Virus record (IMG/VR): IMGVR_UViG_3300036781_000821
Coordinates: 27,888 to 91,887 of that record
Direction: 5' to 3' (one strand)
Origin: a virus
Length of the DNA stretch: 64,000 bases
The notes beneath the pieces were generated by a model. That model made no database searches and had not been told where the DNA came from. It worked only from the letters and a program-made list of their open reading frames with translations. Of the stretch, positions 9,995 to 19,366 are shown in pieces. The position numbers and the translations under genes were made by a program. Numbering within the stretch: position 1 is the first letter of the stretch; each line of letters opens with the position of its first letter.

Positions 9995-11038
9995 TTAGGA
10001 ACGGTGTGCCATGTCCGCCTCTCGTGCCTGACGCAATATATCCGTTTTCATGTCCGAGACTGACTTGGACTTGAACTCGGGTGCTGCGCCGGGCGAGCCG
10101 GGAGCGCTTCCATCAATCCGTCTGGATTGCTGCAACCGTTCATTTTCTTTCGTTAGTTCGTCAACCTTTTTCTGCAAGCCAGCCGCTGAATCCGCTTTCA
10201 AGCGCAGATTTTCGTGCTCGACGATCCAGTAGTGCATGACCGGGGGAACCGGCATATTGAGGGGCGTGAGCGCTTCCTTCACCTTGTCGAAGGCTGCGTT
10301 CGCGTTTTTCGATAGGGGGCTATCGGCGTTGGCGTAGTCGGGGAAATCCTTCTTTGCCGCATCGGTATTACGGGTAATCTCCGATGAGAAGAAGGTGTGG
10401 TATTCCGTCTGCGCTGACTGCCTCATCTCCTTGGCATCATTCCGGGCTAGTTGTGCCAGGCGCAGCTGTTCTTTCCCCGCGTCGGTATCCTTGCCCAACT
10501 TTTCAGCCTCTTTATCGAACGCGCCCGCGATCTCATCCAGCTCCTGAGCCGTGTACTTGCCCTTGGCTTTCGCCGCAGGTTTTCCATCGTCCTTGGGAGC
10601 GGCGTCTTTCTGCTTCAGCGCTTCTTCACGATGCTGAATTTCCGCTTCCCGCTGGTTGAGTTTCTCGTGCCGCTTGGCCGCACGCGCACCCGCGCGCCGC
10701 GCCTTTTCCATGCGTTTCTGGTAGTCGGACATCTGCGCCCCAGCCAGGTCGTCGTCATTTTCGGGAACGTCGTCGGGTGACTTCGCATCCTTTTTGTCGT
10801 CGATCTTGGGTGTGGCCGCAGCGGCCGGCTTGCCGTCAGGTTGACCCTCTGAAGGGGCCTGCTTGTTGTCGGCAGGCTTCTGCGAATCGGGATTTTTGTC
10901 ATCGACGGGCGCGGCAGCACCGGGATCAGCGGGCTGGGCGTCTGTCATAATGCCCGGCCCTCCGCTCTCATGCTCCGCAGCCGATTTAAGTAACTCGGAT
11001 TTCATATCCGCCAGTGATGTCTTGCCTTCTTCGCTCAT
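9995..11038 (-). CDS. Capsid scaffolding protein
   Basis: 347 aa, charged, low-complexity and coiled-coil; immediately upstream of the capsid gene. Confidence 0.7.
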   Translation of the reverse strand: MSEEGKTSLADMKSELLKSAAEHESGGPGIMTDAQPADPGAAAPVDDKNPDSQKPADNKQAPSEGQPDGKPAAAATPKIDDKKDAKSPDDVPENDDDLAGAQMSDYQKRMEKARRAGARAAKRHEKLNQREAEIQHREEALKQKDAAPKDDGKPAAKAKGKYTAQELDEIAGAFDKEAEKLGKDTDAGKEQLRLAQLARNDAKEMRQSAQTEYHTFFSSEITRNTDAAKKDFPDYANADSPLSKNANAAFDKVKEALTPLNMPVPPVMHYWIVEHENLRLKADSAAGLQKKVDELTKENERLQQSRRIDGSAPGSPGAAPEFKSKSVSDMKTDILRQAREADMAHRS

Positions 11039-11062
11039 GGTTTTTCTAGTTTCCTTCTAGAG

Positions 11063-11425
11063 TCAGGGAATGGTTCCCGAGATCCCGTCGTCTCCCTGTT
11101 CAACGTCGGGTTCGGATTCGTGCAGTTGCCGCCGCACGTGCGCGGAAAGTCGTAGTTGTTCGGTAAACATGCCCCGCAAGCCCATCGCATAGCCGCACCA
11201 GAGCTTGTCCCCGGTGCGGACGCTGGCCGCGTCCTGGTCCTGGCAAAGGCGCAGAACCTTGCGCTGGAATTTTTCGCCCGTCTCGGAGATGAGGAACGCA
11301 TTCCAGTTTTCCTCGTCGGCCTCGACCCACTCGGATGGACGATCCGGCCGGATGGGAGCCAGCAGAATGTCCGAAAGACTCATCAGTGCCCAAATCTTGA
11401 GCCGCCATTTCAGCTTCTGGATCAT
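11063..11425 (-). CDS. Hypothetical phage protein (portal-scaffold interval)
   Basis: 120 aa, coupled to the portal stop. Confidence 0.55.
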   Translation of the reverse strand: MIQKLKWRLKIWALMSLSDILLAPIRPDRPSEWVEADEENWNAFLISETGEKFQRKVLRLCQDQDAASVRTGDKLWCGYAMGLRGMFTEQLRLSAHVRRQLHESEPDVEQGDDGISGTIP

Positions 11426-13317
11426 GCCGCCACCGCCATTTCCGATTGCGGCGCGGGCGCGTGACCGTTGCGGATCATGGCGCCGTGTTCCATACCCGCG
11501 AGATGCGCAGCCTCTGCCTTGAGCTGGTTAACGGCGCTCTTCTCCATCTCGGCGAACTGAAACGCCAACTTTTTCGCGAGCTGGGGATTCTGCTTTTGGA
11601 GCAGTTGAATGTGTTGTTCGGTGTTTTGCTTGAGCAGGCCTTCCGCACGCGGGCTGATTGCCTTGCGCTCGGTAAATAGCTTGTGCATCACCTGGAAATT
11701 GGTTGCCACGCGCGTCGCGTGATCCTGGCCCTGTTCGGCATCGACCTGCATTTCGAGAACCGGGTTGGTCATCAGGTCAATGCAATTGGCCTGATCCAAC
11801 TGCTCGCGCTTGGCCGCATCCTGACCCGCCACAAACAGCCGTTTCTTCGTCTCAGCGCCACGCACCTCGTAGTACATGGAATAGAGTTCGTCCTGGTTGC
11901 AGCGCGGATCTCCGCGCAGGTTCTGGAACATATCGTTAACGATCTGGACTTCACCGGCGCGGCCCAGCCCATCGGGGTTTCCACTCGGCTCGATGACGTA
12001 GGCGTCGGAAATGGCTTCCTGCGGCAAAATCTGCGTTTGCCCGTCGAAGATGTAGACCAGCGATTCCCCGTCGAATTGGCACGTGAGGCTCCACGCCTGA
12101 CTGAAGACTTCCGTGAGCGTCTCGCGGATGGAAAAGATGCGTTCCTCGCTGACCAGTGAGCTGTTGTTTTGCGCGGCTCCCACCGCCCGGGCCGTTTGCG
12201 CGTCACCGGACTGGAGCGTTTGCTGCAAAGCGAAATCGGGACTGCCGACCAGCTCCTGTTGGAGACTGCGGGAATTGAGCATTTCCTGGAGCAGCTCTTT
12301 CGGCGGTGGATCGAACGAAACGGCCGACAGCCCGCCCTTGGTCACATCGCCCGGCTTCAGCAATTCGTTGGTGATGTTGACCTGCGTTCCCTGCGTCGTG
12401 AGAATCGGTTTGGCCTTGAACGCCATGTAGTCGGTCCACATGTTGCGGTACTTGGTGGCGTTGACCTCCTCGCCCATGCCCTTCTCGACCACGCCGCGAG
12501 ATCCATTCCAGCTCTTGTCGATGATTTCCTGCTCGAACTTGGCGTAGGGATATTTGTTGTGCTTGTAGGGCAGGGGTTGATCCGCGCGCACGGGAATATC
12601 CTTACGCAGCGGCGACCACCAGACCACGCGCACGTTGCCGGCGTCATCCCGGTAGTAAACCTCCCAGATAATGATCTCTTCGAGATTGTCGGAGTGGGTG
12701 AGACCCTCGCGCTTGTACTTGAGCTTGGAAAACTCGCTCTCTTTGCTGTTTTTGCTGCCATCACCCTTGATGGAGTCAATGAAATCTTCGTGCTGGTTGT
12801 AGAGCTTGTTCTTCTTGTACGCTTCCAGCGACACGCGCTTGATCTCCATGCACCAGTCCGCTTTCTGCAGGTCGGTGGTCCAGGGCGGGACGACGAAGGA
12901 AGAGGAGCGAATATCGTCAAACGCAACCTTGTTCTCGTCAACGTCGCGGTAAATCTTGATCAGGCTTATGCCGCTTTCGAGCATGTAGTCGATGGATCGC
13001 TTCGTCGACTTGTTGAAATTGGTCTTGCGCTTGAGGCGGTAACTGAAGCAGTTCGCGGCGTTCTTCAAATAGGGAGCGAGATTGTCCTGCTCCGTGCCGA
13101 ATGTGCAGATCACATCGTTCTGGAAAATAGTGCGGTTGATCTGACCCTTGATCTTGTCGATCGCGGGGTCTGCGAGCTTAACGGGCGTGTCCGACTGCCA
13201 TTTCTCTTTGCCCAAACGCCTGACACCATCGCGGCGGATTTTATAGAAGGTGCGCTGCCGGTCGTCGTACTTCTCCCGGTTTTTCAGCACCTCTATGATT
13301 TGGTCGTAACGGTCCAT
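11422..13317 (-). CDS. Portal protein (P22/T7-like)
   Basis: 631 aa; WNGSRG and QTARAV motifs; size and synteny fit. Confidence 0.8.
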   Translation of the reverse strand: MDRYDQIIEVLKNREKYDDRQRTFYKIRRDGVRRLGKEKWQSDTPVKLADPAIDKIKGQINRTIFQNDVICTFGTEQDNLAPYLKNAANCFSYRLKRKTNFNKSTKRSIDYMLESGISLIKIYRDVDENKVAFDDIRSSSFVVPPWTTDLQKADWCMEIKRVSLEAYKKNKLYNQHEDFIDSIKGDGSKNSKESEFSKLKYKREGLTHSDNLEEIIIWEVYYRDDAGNVRVVWWSPLRKDIPVRADQPLPYKHNKYPYAKFEQEIIDKSWNGSRGVVEKGMGEEVNATKYRNMWTDYMAFKAKPILTTQGTQVNITNELLKPGDVTKGGLSAVSFDPPPKELLQEMLNSRSLQQELVGSPDFALQQTLQSGDAQTARAVGAAQNNSSLVSEERIFSIRETLTEVFSQAWSLTCQFDGESLVYIFDGQTQILPQEAISDAYVIEPSGNPDGLGRAGEVQIVNDMFQNLRGDPRCNQDELYSMYYEVRGAETKKRLFVAGQDAAKREQLDQANCIDLMTNPVLEMQVDAEQGQDHATRVATNFQVMHKLFTERKAISPRAEGLLKQNTEQHIQLLQKQNPQLAKKLAFQFAEMEKSAVNQLKAEAAHLAGMEHGAMIRNGHAPAPQSEMAVAA

Positions 13318-13700
13318 TACTTCGCGTCTACCTTGGTTTTGTTCTCGTCGATCTGCTGATGGAGCTGGAGTTCAACTTTGTCGCGGGCCACCATGTACGC
13401 CGTGGACGCCAGGCACATCGGCGCGGTGAGAACCACCGTTGTCTTGGTTGGGCCGTCCTTGGTCTCGTTAATCGCCACAGCACGAAAAGCCTGAGCATCC
13501 GCGACTGACGGGAAGACAATCCACGATCCAGCGGGGAGTTGCATCCGGTAGGCGTTTCCATCAACTGTTTGGCTTACCGTCGGGAGTCCAGCCGTGTGAA
13601 ATCCGCAGCTCACTGAGAATATGCTCAGCGCGGACATAATCACCGCGAGCCTCAGCAGCGGCCAACTGCGCCCGGAGGTTTGAGTAGCGGGTTTGCTCAT
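13317..13700 (-). CDS. Lipoprotein, o-spanin (Rz1)-like
   Basis: Hydrophobic leader ending ...ALSIFSVSC; overlaps the TM gene 13561-13812 in another frame. Start uncertain. Confidence 0.5.
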   Translation of the reverse strand: MSKPATQTSGRSWPLLRLAVIMSALSIFSVSCGFHTAGLPTVSQTVDGNAYRMQLPAGSWIVFPSVADAQAFRAVAINETKDGPTKTTVVLTAPMCLASTAYMVARDKVELQLHQQIDENKTKVDAK

Positions 13701-13812
13701 CCTGCAATTGCTCCTGCGTGGTTGGCGCTGCTTTGCGGCGATACCAGAACCACCATGCCGAGAACAAAGTCCCCGCAATTCCGAGTGCGCCAGAAATAAG
13801 TGATAGTGACAT
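13561..13812 (-). CDS. i-spanin (Rz)-like membrane protein
   Basis: 83 aa; N-terminal TM plus coiled coil, following the holin. Confidence 0.5.
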   Translation of the reverse strand: MSLSLISGALGIAGTLFSAWWFWYRRKAAPTTQEQLQDEQTRYSNLRAQLAAAEARGDYVRAEHILSELRISHGWTPDGKPNS

Positions 13813-14028
13813 TCACGGACCCTTTGCTCCCGCTTTTTCGTCGCTTACCTTGTTGTCACGGGCGTGGAATGCGACCCAACCCAAGCTGAAGGCGGTACTG
13901 ATAACACCCCAATCGGTTACTGTCGGCAATGTCCCATGATCGAGGAAGTTCTTGGCCGCATTGCAGACAAGGCCAATGCCGCTGCCAAAGGACAGCACAC
14001 CGCCGAGGGTTGTCCGCCACGACCTCAT
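13813..14028 (-). CDS. Putative holin
   Basis: 71 aa; MRSWRTTLGG start, two TM segments, charged tail ARDNKVSDEK. Confidence 0.6.
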   Translation of the reverse strand: MRSWRTTLGGVLSFGSGIGLVCNAAKNFLDHGTLPTVTDWGVISTAFSLGWVAFHARDNKVSDEKAGAKGP

Positions 14029-14504
14029 TGCGGCCCCTGGGTTACGGTTGAATACGCGGAGGCCGCTTGCTCGCAGCCTTGGGCCAGTGCGCTCAGCACT
14101 TCGATGGCATACTTCGGATTGCCCACAATCTGCGGGTAGTAGGCGCTGTAAATCTCCGCGATTGTCCCGGAGAATTGCGCGTAGATCCCGACGTTGCCAG
14201 TCCAGTGGAATGAGGCAACGGCTTCCGCCACTTGCTCGGGTGTGGGGACCTTGCCGTCCGTCAGCGAATAAACGCCACTGGCTGCGGAATAGATTTGATT
14301 CGCGAGCAGCGTCCGCTCCGCAGCGTCATTAACGCCGAACTGGAGGAACACGCCCGTGGCAATATGGGCGCCAGTGGTGATCGTGCCCAAGTATGGCGCA
14401 ACCGGGTCCGCCGATGCGGGAACCGCGGGAGCCGTTGGAACCGTCGATTTACAGCCGATCAGCGCGACGCAGATCAGCACCAGCAGTATGTTGAACCATT
14501 TCAT
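14025..14504 (-). CDS. Phage lipoprotein
   Basis: MKWFNILLVLICVALIG-C lipobox; start moved to ATG at 14504. Confidence 0.7.
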   Translation of the reverse strand: MKWFNILLVLICVALIGCKSTVPTAPAVPASADPVAPYLGTITTGAHIATGVFLQFGVNDAAERTLLANQIYSAASGVYSLTDGKVPTPEQVAEAVASFHWTGNVGIYAQFSGTIAEIYSAYYPQIVGNPKYAIEVLSALAQGCEQAASAYSTVTQGPQ

Positions 14505-14620
14505 TCCTGTCCTTCTGTTAACTTTCAATTCGAGTGTGGCCGGCCAAGGATGTTTGGATAACGTCGCGCTTGGCGAAGTCGTCCAAACCATCCTTATGGC
14601 CGTTGTGCACAAATCTTTTC

Positions 14621-15343
14621 CTATCGCAGCGTTGTCTGGAAATATTTCACCGACTGGTAATCGACCTGCACAGTCCGCGCGGTCGTTCCCGCAGTCTTCA
14701 AGATGCTGACACCCGCGCCCACCGCCGCAGTCGGGATGTTGGTCTTGTGCGTGGCGACCAGCACGTCGTTGACGTAGAAGTTGACTTCCTTGGCCTTCTC
14801 ATCCACGCGAATCGCCAGCTTCTGGAATGTGCCCGCGACTGGATCATAGGCGCTGCCCAATGTCGTGGTCGTGGCCGTGCCCGCATTGTCCGTCCGGCAG
14901 ATCAAGTGCGTACTCGCGTTCGTGTACTTGAAGCAGATGTCGTTGTTGTTATCGCCGCTGGTCCCCGCCAGGAATCCCTCGCGGATACCGGCGGAATCAG
15001 TTCCATCCGGCAGTGTCGGAATATTAACGGCCGTCTCGTAGAGCAGCACGCCGGATCCCGGAGTCGTGAAGCTCACCGAGTTGGAATCGCCCGTGCCACG
15101 GTAGGAATAGCCGGAGGTGGTCGTACCCGTCGAGAGCTGGACAATGCCGGGGCGCAGCGCGGTGCCTGCAACCTGCGACTGTGCAGCGCCCGTTCCGCTG
15201 TTGACCACGTTAAACCCGTGAATCGCAGCGGGCGTGGTGCATTCGTCGAATAGTTGGACAGGCGGATAGAGCTGTGCGCTCGCGCTGACGATTGATACGA
15301 AGGCGAGCAGGACTACTGCCAGCCAGTGATTTACTTTCTTCAT
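14621..15343 (-). CDS. Beta-rich, virion-like protein with signal peptide
   Basis: MKKVNHWLAVVLLAFVSIVSASA-Q; T/G-rich, RPGIVQLSTGTT and VNFYVNDVLVATH (lectin-like fold). Start moved to ATG at 15343. Confidence 0.65.
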   Translation of the reverse strand: MKKVNHWLAVVLLAFVSIVSASAQLYPPVQLFDECTTPAAIHGFNVVNSGTGAAQSQVAGTALRPGIVQLSTGTTTSGYSYRGTGDSNSVSFTTPGSGVLLYETAVNIPTLPDGTDSAGIREGFLAGTSGDNNNDICFKYTNASTHLICRTDNAGTATTTTLGSAYDPVAGTFQKLAIRVDEKAKEVNFYVNDVLVATHKTNIPTAAVGAGVSILKTAGTTARTVQVDYQSVKYFQTTLR

Positions 15344-15374
15344 CTCTGTTGTTTCCTTGGTTGGTTGTTGTTTG

Positions 15375-16796
15375 TCAGTAGGCGACGCCGCCCACTTCGC
15401 AAACGTCGCGACTGGATTCCGTCTCCTCGTAGATTTCACTTAACGGCTTGAAAATTTGCTCCGATCCCTTCACCCAACTCGTGACCGGGGATTCGCCGGC
15501 CCACCAGACGCCGGCGACGGCATCGGCGCGGTCGGGCGAGGACACGCCGCGATCATGCAGGTCTCGCTTGCTTTCCAGGCGCAACTTGCCAGTAGCTTCG
15601 TTCAGCACACCGTAGCGGTCGGTTAGCTGCGCGCGCAGGATGCCATCGGGATCTGGAGGAAGCCCGACTTCCATGCGCTCGATGGCGCGGCCGAGGCCGT
15701 ACCACTGTTGAGCGGCGACGTTGTCGTAGGCTTCGTCATTCACCTTGGCATTGGCGTTGACCCGGTTGAGCGCCCAGCCAGCCTTGTCGAAAGCGTCGCA
15801 GATGGGAATGTCGATACCATCCGCACCAGCCCAGACTTCTGAGGGCTTGAGCTTGTATTCCTTGAAAAGCTGAATGAAGCGCGCGACTGCCGCCATGCTG
15901 TCCTTCTCGCGCCAGCAGATCAGGGCCTTGATGTAATTTCCTTCGCGGTAGCAGAAAACATTTTCATCGCCGCCGAGCGCGAAATCGAGGTAGGCCGCGC
16001 GGTCATGGCGGTTGATGCGGATCACGCCGCCGTTTGTCCCTCCGCTGTACGCGCGAGCCAGGTACTGAATCTTGACGGGCTTGGCGGCCGCCATCAGGTC
16101 GTCGTCACCCATGAACTCCGCGTAAAGCGCCGAGCGCGTGAGCGGATGATTCTCACCGTACTTTGCGAAGAACTTTTTCTTGTCCTCCTCGCCCATGTGC
16201 GGACAGTCGTCGATGGTGATGGTGATATTGGTAAAGCCCAGTGTCGGATTGTTGAACGAGTCGTAGAAATCTCCCATCATCATGCCCGTGGAGCTGAGCA
16301 AGATCAGGCGCTGGTATTTGCAGCGATCCATCGCCGTGAAGATTGGCTTGGGAATGCTCTTGGCTTCGTCACCCCAGATCCACAGCGACTCTTGAAGATT
16401 GCCGTGGTTTCCCTCGAAGCGACCGGCTTCCTTCGTCGATATGAAACGCGCCCAGGAACCGTTAGGCGCCGTGATCTCATCGTTGGTCATTTTCCAGCGA
16501 GGCAAGCGTTCCTTGTGATTGAAAATGTTCGGCTGGACCTGCGTTTCGAGCTGGGTCCAGGACGCGGATGTGATGATGTGACGCGAGCGCGGGAATTTCG
16601 ACATCGCCCACAACAGACCGGGCGCGAGAATGTTGCTGGTCTTGCCACCGCCATTGTTAGCCTTCACGGAGAGGCGGTCAGTTTCTGTCAACGCATCGAG
16701 AGCGGCGATCTGCTTCGGCGTGGGTGTAAGCCCCAGCTCCTTCTCCGCGAAAACAACGGGGTGCAGCTCGATGTGCTCTTTGAGGAAGCTGTTCAT
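15375..16796 (-). CDS. terL: Terminase large subunit
   Basis: ANNGGGKT Walker A, WGDEAK Walker B, LDFALGGDE nuclease motif, SPDRADA. Confidence 0.92.
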   Translation of the reverse strand: MNSFLKEHIELHPVVFAEKELGLTPTPKQIAALDALTETDRLSVKANNGGGKTSNILAPGLLWAMSKFPRSRHIITSASWTQLETQVQPNIFNHKERLPRWKMTNDEITAPNGSWARFISTKEAGRFEGNHGNLQESLWIWGDEAKSIPKPIFTAMDRCKYQRLILLSSTGMMMGDFYDSFNNPTLGFTNITITIDDCPHMGEEDKKKFFAKYGENHPLTRSALYAEFMGDDDLMAAAKPVKIQYLARAYSGGTNGGVIRINRHDRAAYLDFALGGDENVFCYREGNYIKALICWREKDSMAAVARFIQLFKEYKLKPSEVWAGADGIDIPICDAFDKAGWALNRVNANAKVNDEAYDNVAAQQWYGLGRAIERMEVGLPPDPDGILRAQLTDRYGVLNEATGKLRLESKRDLHDRGVSSPDRADAVAGVWWAGESPVTSWVKGSEQIFKPLSEIYEETESSRDVCEVGGVAY

Positions 16797-16882
16797 TTCT
16801 TGCCCCCGTATCGAATCCAGTCCGCAATCGGCCGGACGATGGTGTTCCCGAACCAGATGATTGCGCGATCGAAGATGTTCAT
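16793..16882 (-). CDS. 29-aa peptide between terS and terL
   Basis: MNIFDRAIIWFGNTIVRPIADWIRYGGKK; ATGA overlaps on both sides. Confidence 0.5.
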   Translation of the reverse strand: MNIFDRAIIWFGNTIVRPIADWIRYGGKK

Positions 16883-17265
16883 TGCCGCGCTGCCAATCTC
16901 CGGGCTTCCTCGATCCGCGTGAAATAATCGTTCTTCTCGGCGGGCGTGACGACCACTGTGGTGACAGAAATGTTCGGTGTCAGGCCTTTCCACTCAGGCA
17001 GCACGGCCGCAGCGAATCCCATCAGGAACTTGTCCGAGACGTTTGGATCCTTCAATCGCGCGGTAACAATCTCGCGCAGTTGTTCCTCGTACCGCTCCTC
17101 GCATTCCTTAACCTCCTGGGCGAACTCAGTGCAGTTTTCGATCCTGCTTTTGAGCGTCGACGGCGAAACGCCAGCCAAGTCGCAGGCTTCGAGTTTATTC
17201 CTCGATTGGGCGTAGTAATGGAGGAAATCAGCCTCCCATTGTTCAGAAAACTCGCCGTGTGGCAC
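16879..17265 (-). CDS. Terminase small subunit (putative)
   Basis: 128 aa; HTH-like ACDLAGVSPST; upstream of terL. Confidence 0.65.
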   Translation of the reverse strand: MPHGEFSEQWEADFLHYYAQSRNKLEACDLAGVSPSTLKSRIENCTEFAQEVKECEERYEEQLREIVTARLKDPNVSDKFLMGFAAAVLPEWKGLTPNISVTTVVVTPAEKNDYFTRIEEARRLAARQ

Positions 17266-17335
17266 GCTGAGAGCAATAACGCACGTCCTAGCGAAGCATC
17301 AACCGGAATCAAGTCGACGGTTTTGGACGAACTGC

Positions 17336-17542
17336 TTAACGTCTCTTACGATTCACGCGCTTTCGCGGTCGAATGCGGAAGTGTGGACGAGCGGCCAGCC
17401 ATGCGCGCGCTTCGTCTTCAGTGGCCTTGCGGTCGGGCATGGGAAAGCCCTGGTGACGCATGGACAGGATGAAATCGCGGCTCTTTGGTTTCTTGCCGCC
17501 GAGCGCAAACGCCAGCTCTTTGATCGAGAGGCGCTCACTCAT
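17336..17542 (-). CDS. Small DNA-binding (excisionase/Nu1-like HTH) protein
   Basis: 68 aa; LSIKELAFALG...QGFPMP...ARAWL. Confidence 0.5.
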   Translation of the reverse strand: MSERLSIKELAFALGGKKPKSRDFILSMRHQGFPMPDRKATEDEARAWLAARPHFRIRPRKRVNRKRR

Positions 17543-17739
17543 TCGTTCGAGTGCGCCAGAATTTTATCGGCTGACCATTGGGCTCAGGGAGCGGCGTCGA
17601 CTGAAAGATGCTGTACGATGCGTACCGCAACAATTCGCGCTGGAGAAACGCGCACATCGCAGTTCGTGGCTGTTGATCTCTGCCCCAGAAATGTAAGCGA
17701 GATACAACCCGCCAGATTCGCCACCATAACCACCATGCG

Positions 17740-18060
17740 TTAGCTCGCACGCTCGCAACCTCGGGCATGAAGCCCTCGGTAGGCGAGTTTTGCAAATCCG
17801 TCAAGAAGATTTGTGCGTTTGTCGCCACAGGCTTCCCGCACGTCGGTGCTCACATTGAACTCGGCGTTCCAATAGTCGAGCGGGACGAACAAAAAGTCCT
17901 CGTAACGCCAAGGTTCACCGAACTCAACAAGGACATATCCGTGAAGGCCCGGAATGAAGGGGCGTTCAACGATGCACTCTACAGTGTAAATCTGGTGAAG
18001 CTGAGGCACTGGTCCAGGCCAAAGCGGTTGCTGACCACGATAAATATAGACCACTTTCAC
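17740..18060 (-). CDS. Hypothetical phage protein
   Basis: 106 aa, coupled to the upstream gene. Confidence 0.5.
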   Translation of the reverse strand: MKVVYIYRGQQPLWPGPVPQLHQIYTVECIVERPFIPGLHGYVLVEFGEPWRYEDFLFVPLDYWNAEFNVSTDVREACGDKRTNLLDGFAKLAYRGLHARGCERAS

Positions 18061-18989
18061 GCTGCCCTCGCTTTCTCCACTGAACTCACCAACTTCACGA
18101 TCCGATTTCGCAGCGTGATGTCCGTCATACCACCTCGATTCGCCACGTCATCGCAATACTGGATCATTCCCTGTTCATCGCGAGAGAGGCCGGCAACTTG
18201 AGCCCTCACAGCGTCTTCACCCTCAGCCAACAGCTTTTCCACGATGCCGTAGAGCCGTTTCCACTGCGCTTGTTCTCTCTTCGTGGTTTCAGTACGCGCC
18301 GCATCCGCACGTTCCTTCGCCTTGGCTTTCGCCGCAGGTTGCGGATCTGGCGCGCCCAGGTTGCCTAGCCAGCTCAGCAAGAACGTTCGCGTCATGGGCT
18401 TGCCCGGATACTTGATCTTGGATTTGTTCTCCGCGAGCTGTGCCTCGCGCTCAACTTCCAAATGGCGATAGGCCGGGCTTGCCTTCAGCTCCTTCAGGTA
18501 TTCGGGAGTGACTTGATCGAAGCCGACGCGCGGCGCAGCCGGTTCCTCTCTTCTTCCATTCCGTTCCATTCCATTCCCTTCCATAGGCACTTCGCCGCAG
18601 CGTGGTGCGGTTTCGCCGCATGAAGGTGCGAGATTGTCGGAAGCTGCTGCCTCCGTGTCGAATAGCTCCAGCCAACCGATCTTAAGAAGCCGCGGAATTG
18701 CCTCCTCAAAGACCGCTTCAGAGCCATGCGTCATGCGCGCTAAAGACCCCGCATCATGGGCCACCGCACCCTCCCGCAGGAGAGTGCCGCGCATGTCGCA
18801 CTTGCTTGCGACCTCCACAATCAGCGCCCAAGCGCCGAAGTGGGACATCCCATTCGCGTGGTGCAGTAATTCAGTGAAGCCGTCGCCATCGTGCTTATTG
18901 GGCATCGGAACCCATTCCATGCGTTTCAACTCACGTGTGCGGTTGTTCTCGAAGAGATTGGCCCACTCTCTGACGCGAAGGACTTTCAT
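18057..18989 (-). CDS. Putative phage replication initiation protein
   Basis: MKVLRVREWANLFEN... with a wHTH-like N-terminal domain, linker and EGNGMERN segment typical of lambda-O-like initiators. ATGA-coupled start at 18989. Confidence 0.6.
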   Translation of the reverse strand: MKVLRVREWANLFENNRTRELKRMEWVPMPNKHDGDGFTELLHHANGMSHFGAWALIVEVASKCDMRGTLLREGAVAHDAGSLARMTHGSEAVFEEAIPRLLKIGWLELFDTEAAASDNLAPSCGETAPRCGEVPMEGNGMERNGRREEPAAPRVGFDQVTPEYLKELKASPAYRHLEVEREAQLAENKSKIKYPGKPMTRTFLLSWLGNLGAPDPQPAAKAKAKERADAARTETTKREQAQWKRLYGIVEKLLAEGEDAVRAQVAGLSRDEQGMIQYCDDVANRGGMTDITLRNRIVKLVSSVEKARAA

Positions 18990-19366
18990 AACCGCGCTGC
19001 TTTTCTCCGGTTGCACGAACCGCATAACGGTTGAAGATTGCGTTCTTCGTCGGTTCCACCTTTCGATACCGGCATAATATGATCAACTTGAAGATCCATC
19101 GAAGTGCTGCAATGAAGGCATCGGCCCGCTGCCAGCACCCGACGCCGAACGTCAGGGGATAACTTACCTCGCTTGAAACGCGGCGCAACTGGCCCGAATC
19201 GGACAGCCCCAATGAATGCAAGACCTTTAAATGGCTCACGAACTCCAAACAGGCATGATTCGCAAAGACGACGAAACAACGCACCTTCCTGCTCCAGACT
19301 CATCATCTGGACGTTCGCATCAGCCAGGTAGTCCCCGGCATAGAACTGGAAGGCGGGGGATTTCAT
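18986..19366 (-). CDS. HNH endonuclease with DUF1376-like N-terminal segment
   Basis: MKSPAFQFYAGDYLAD, then CLHC...VDHIMPVSKGG...NLQPLCGSCNRRK. Confidence 0.8.
   Translation of the reverse strand: MKSPAFQFYAGDYLADANVQMMSLEQEGALFRRLCESCLFGVREPFKGLAFIGAVRFGPVAPRFKRGKLSPDVRRRVLAAGRCLHCSTSMDLQVDHIMPVSKGGTDEERNLQPLCGSCNRRKAARL

Noticed and set aside
7674-13359. Long plus-strand ORFs (for example 7674-9026 and 12169-13359)
   Set aside because: Antisense shadows of well-supported phage genes in GC-rich DNA, with no motifs.
17535-17828. Small ORF between the HTH gene and 17740-18060
   Set aside because: Three overlapping frames are similarly plausible; the real one cannot be chosen.
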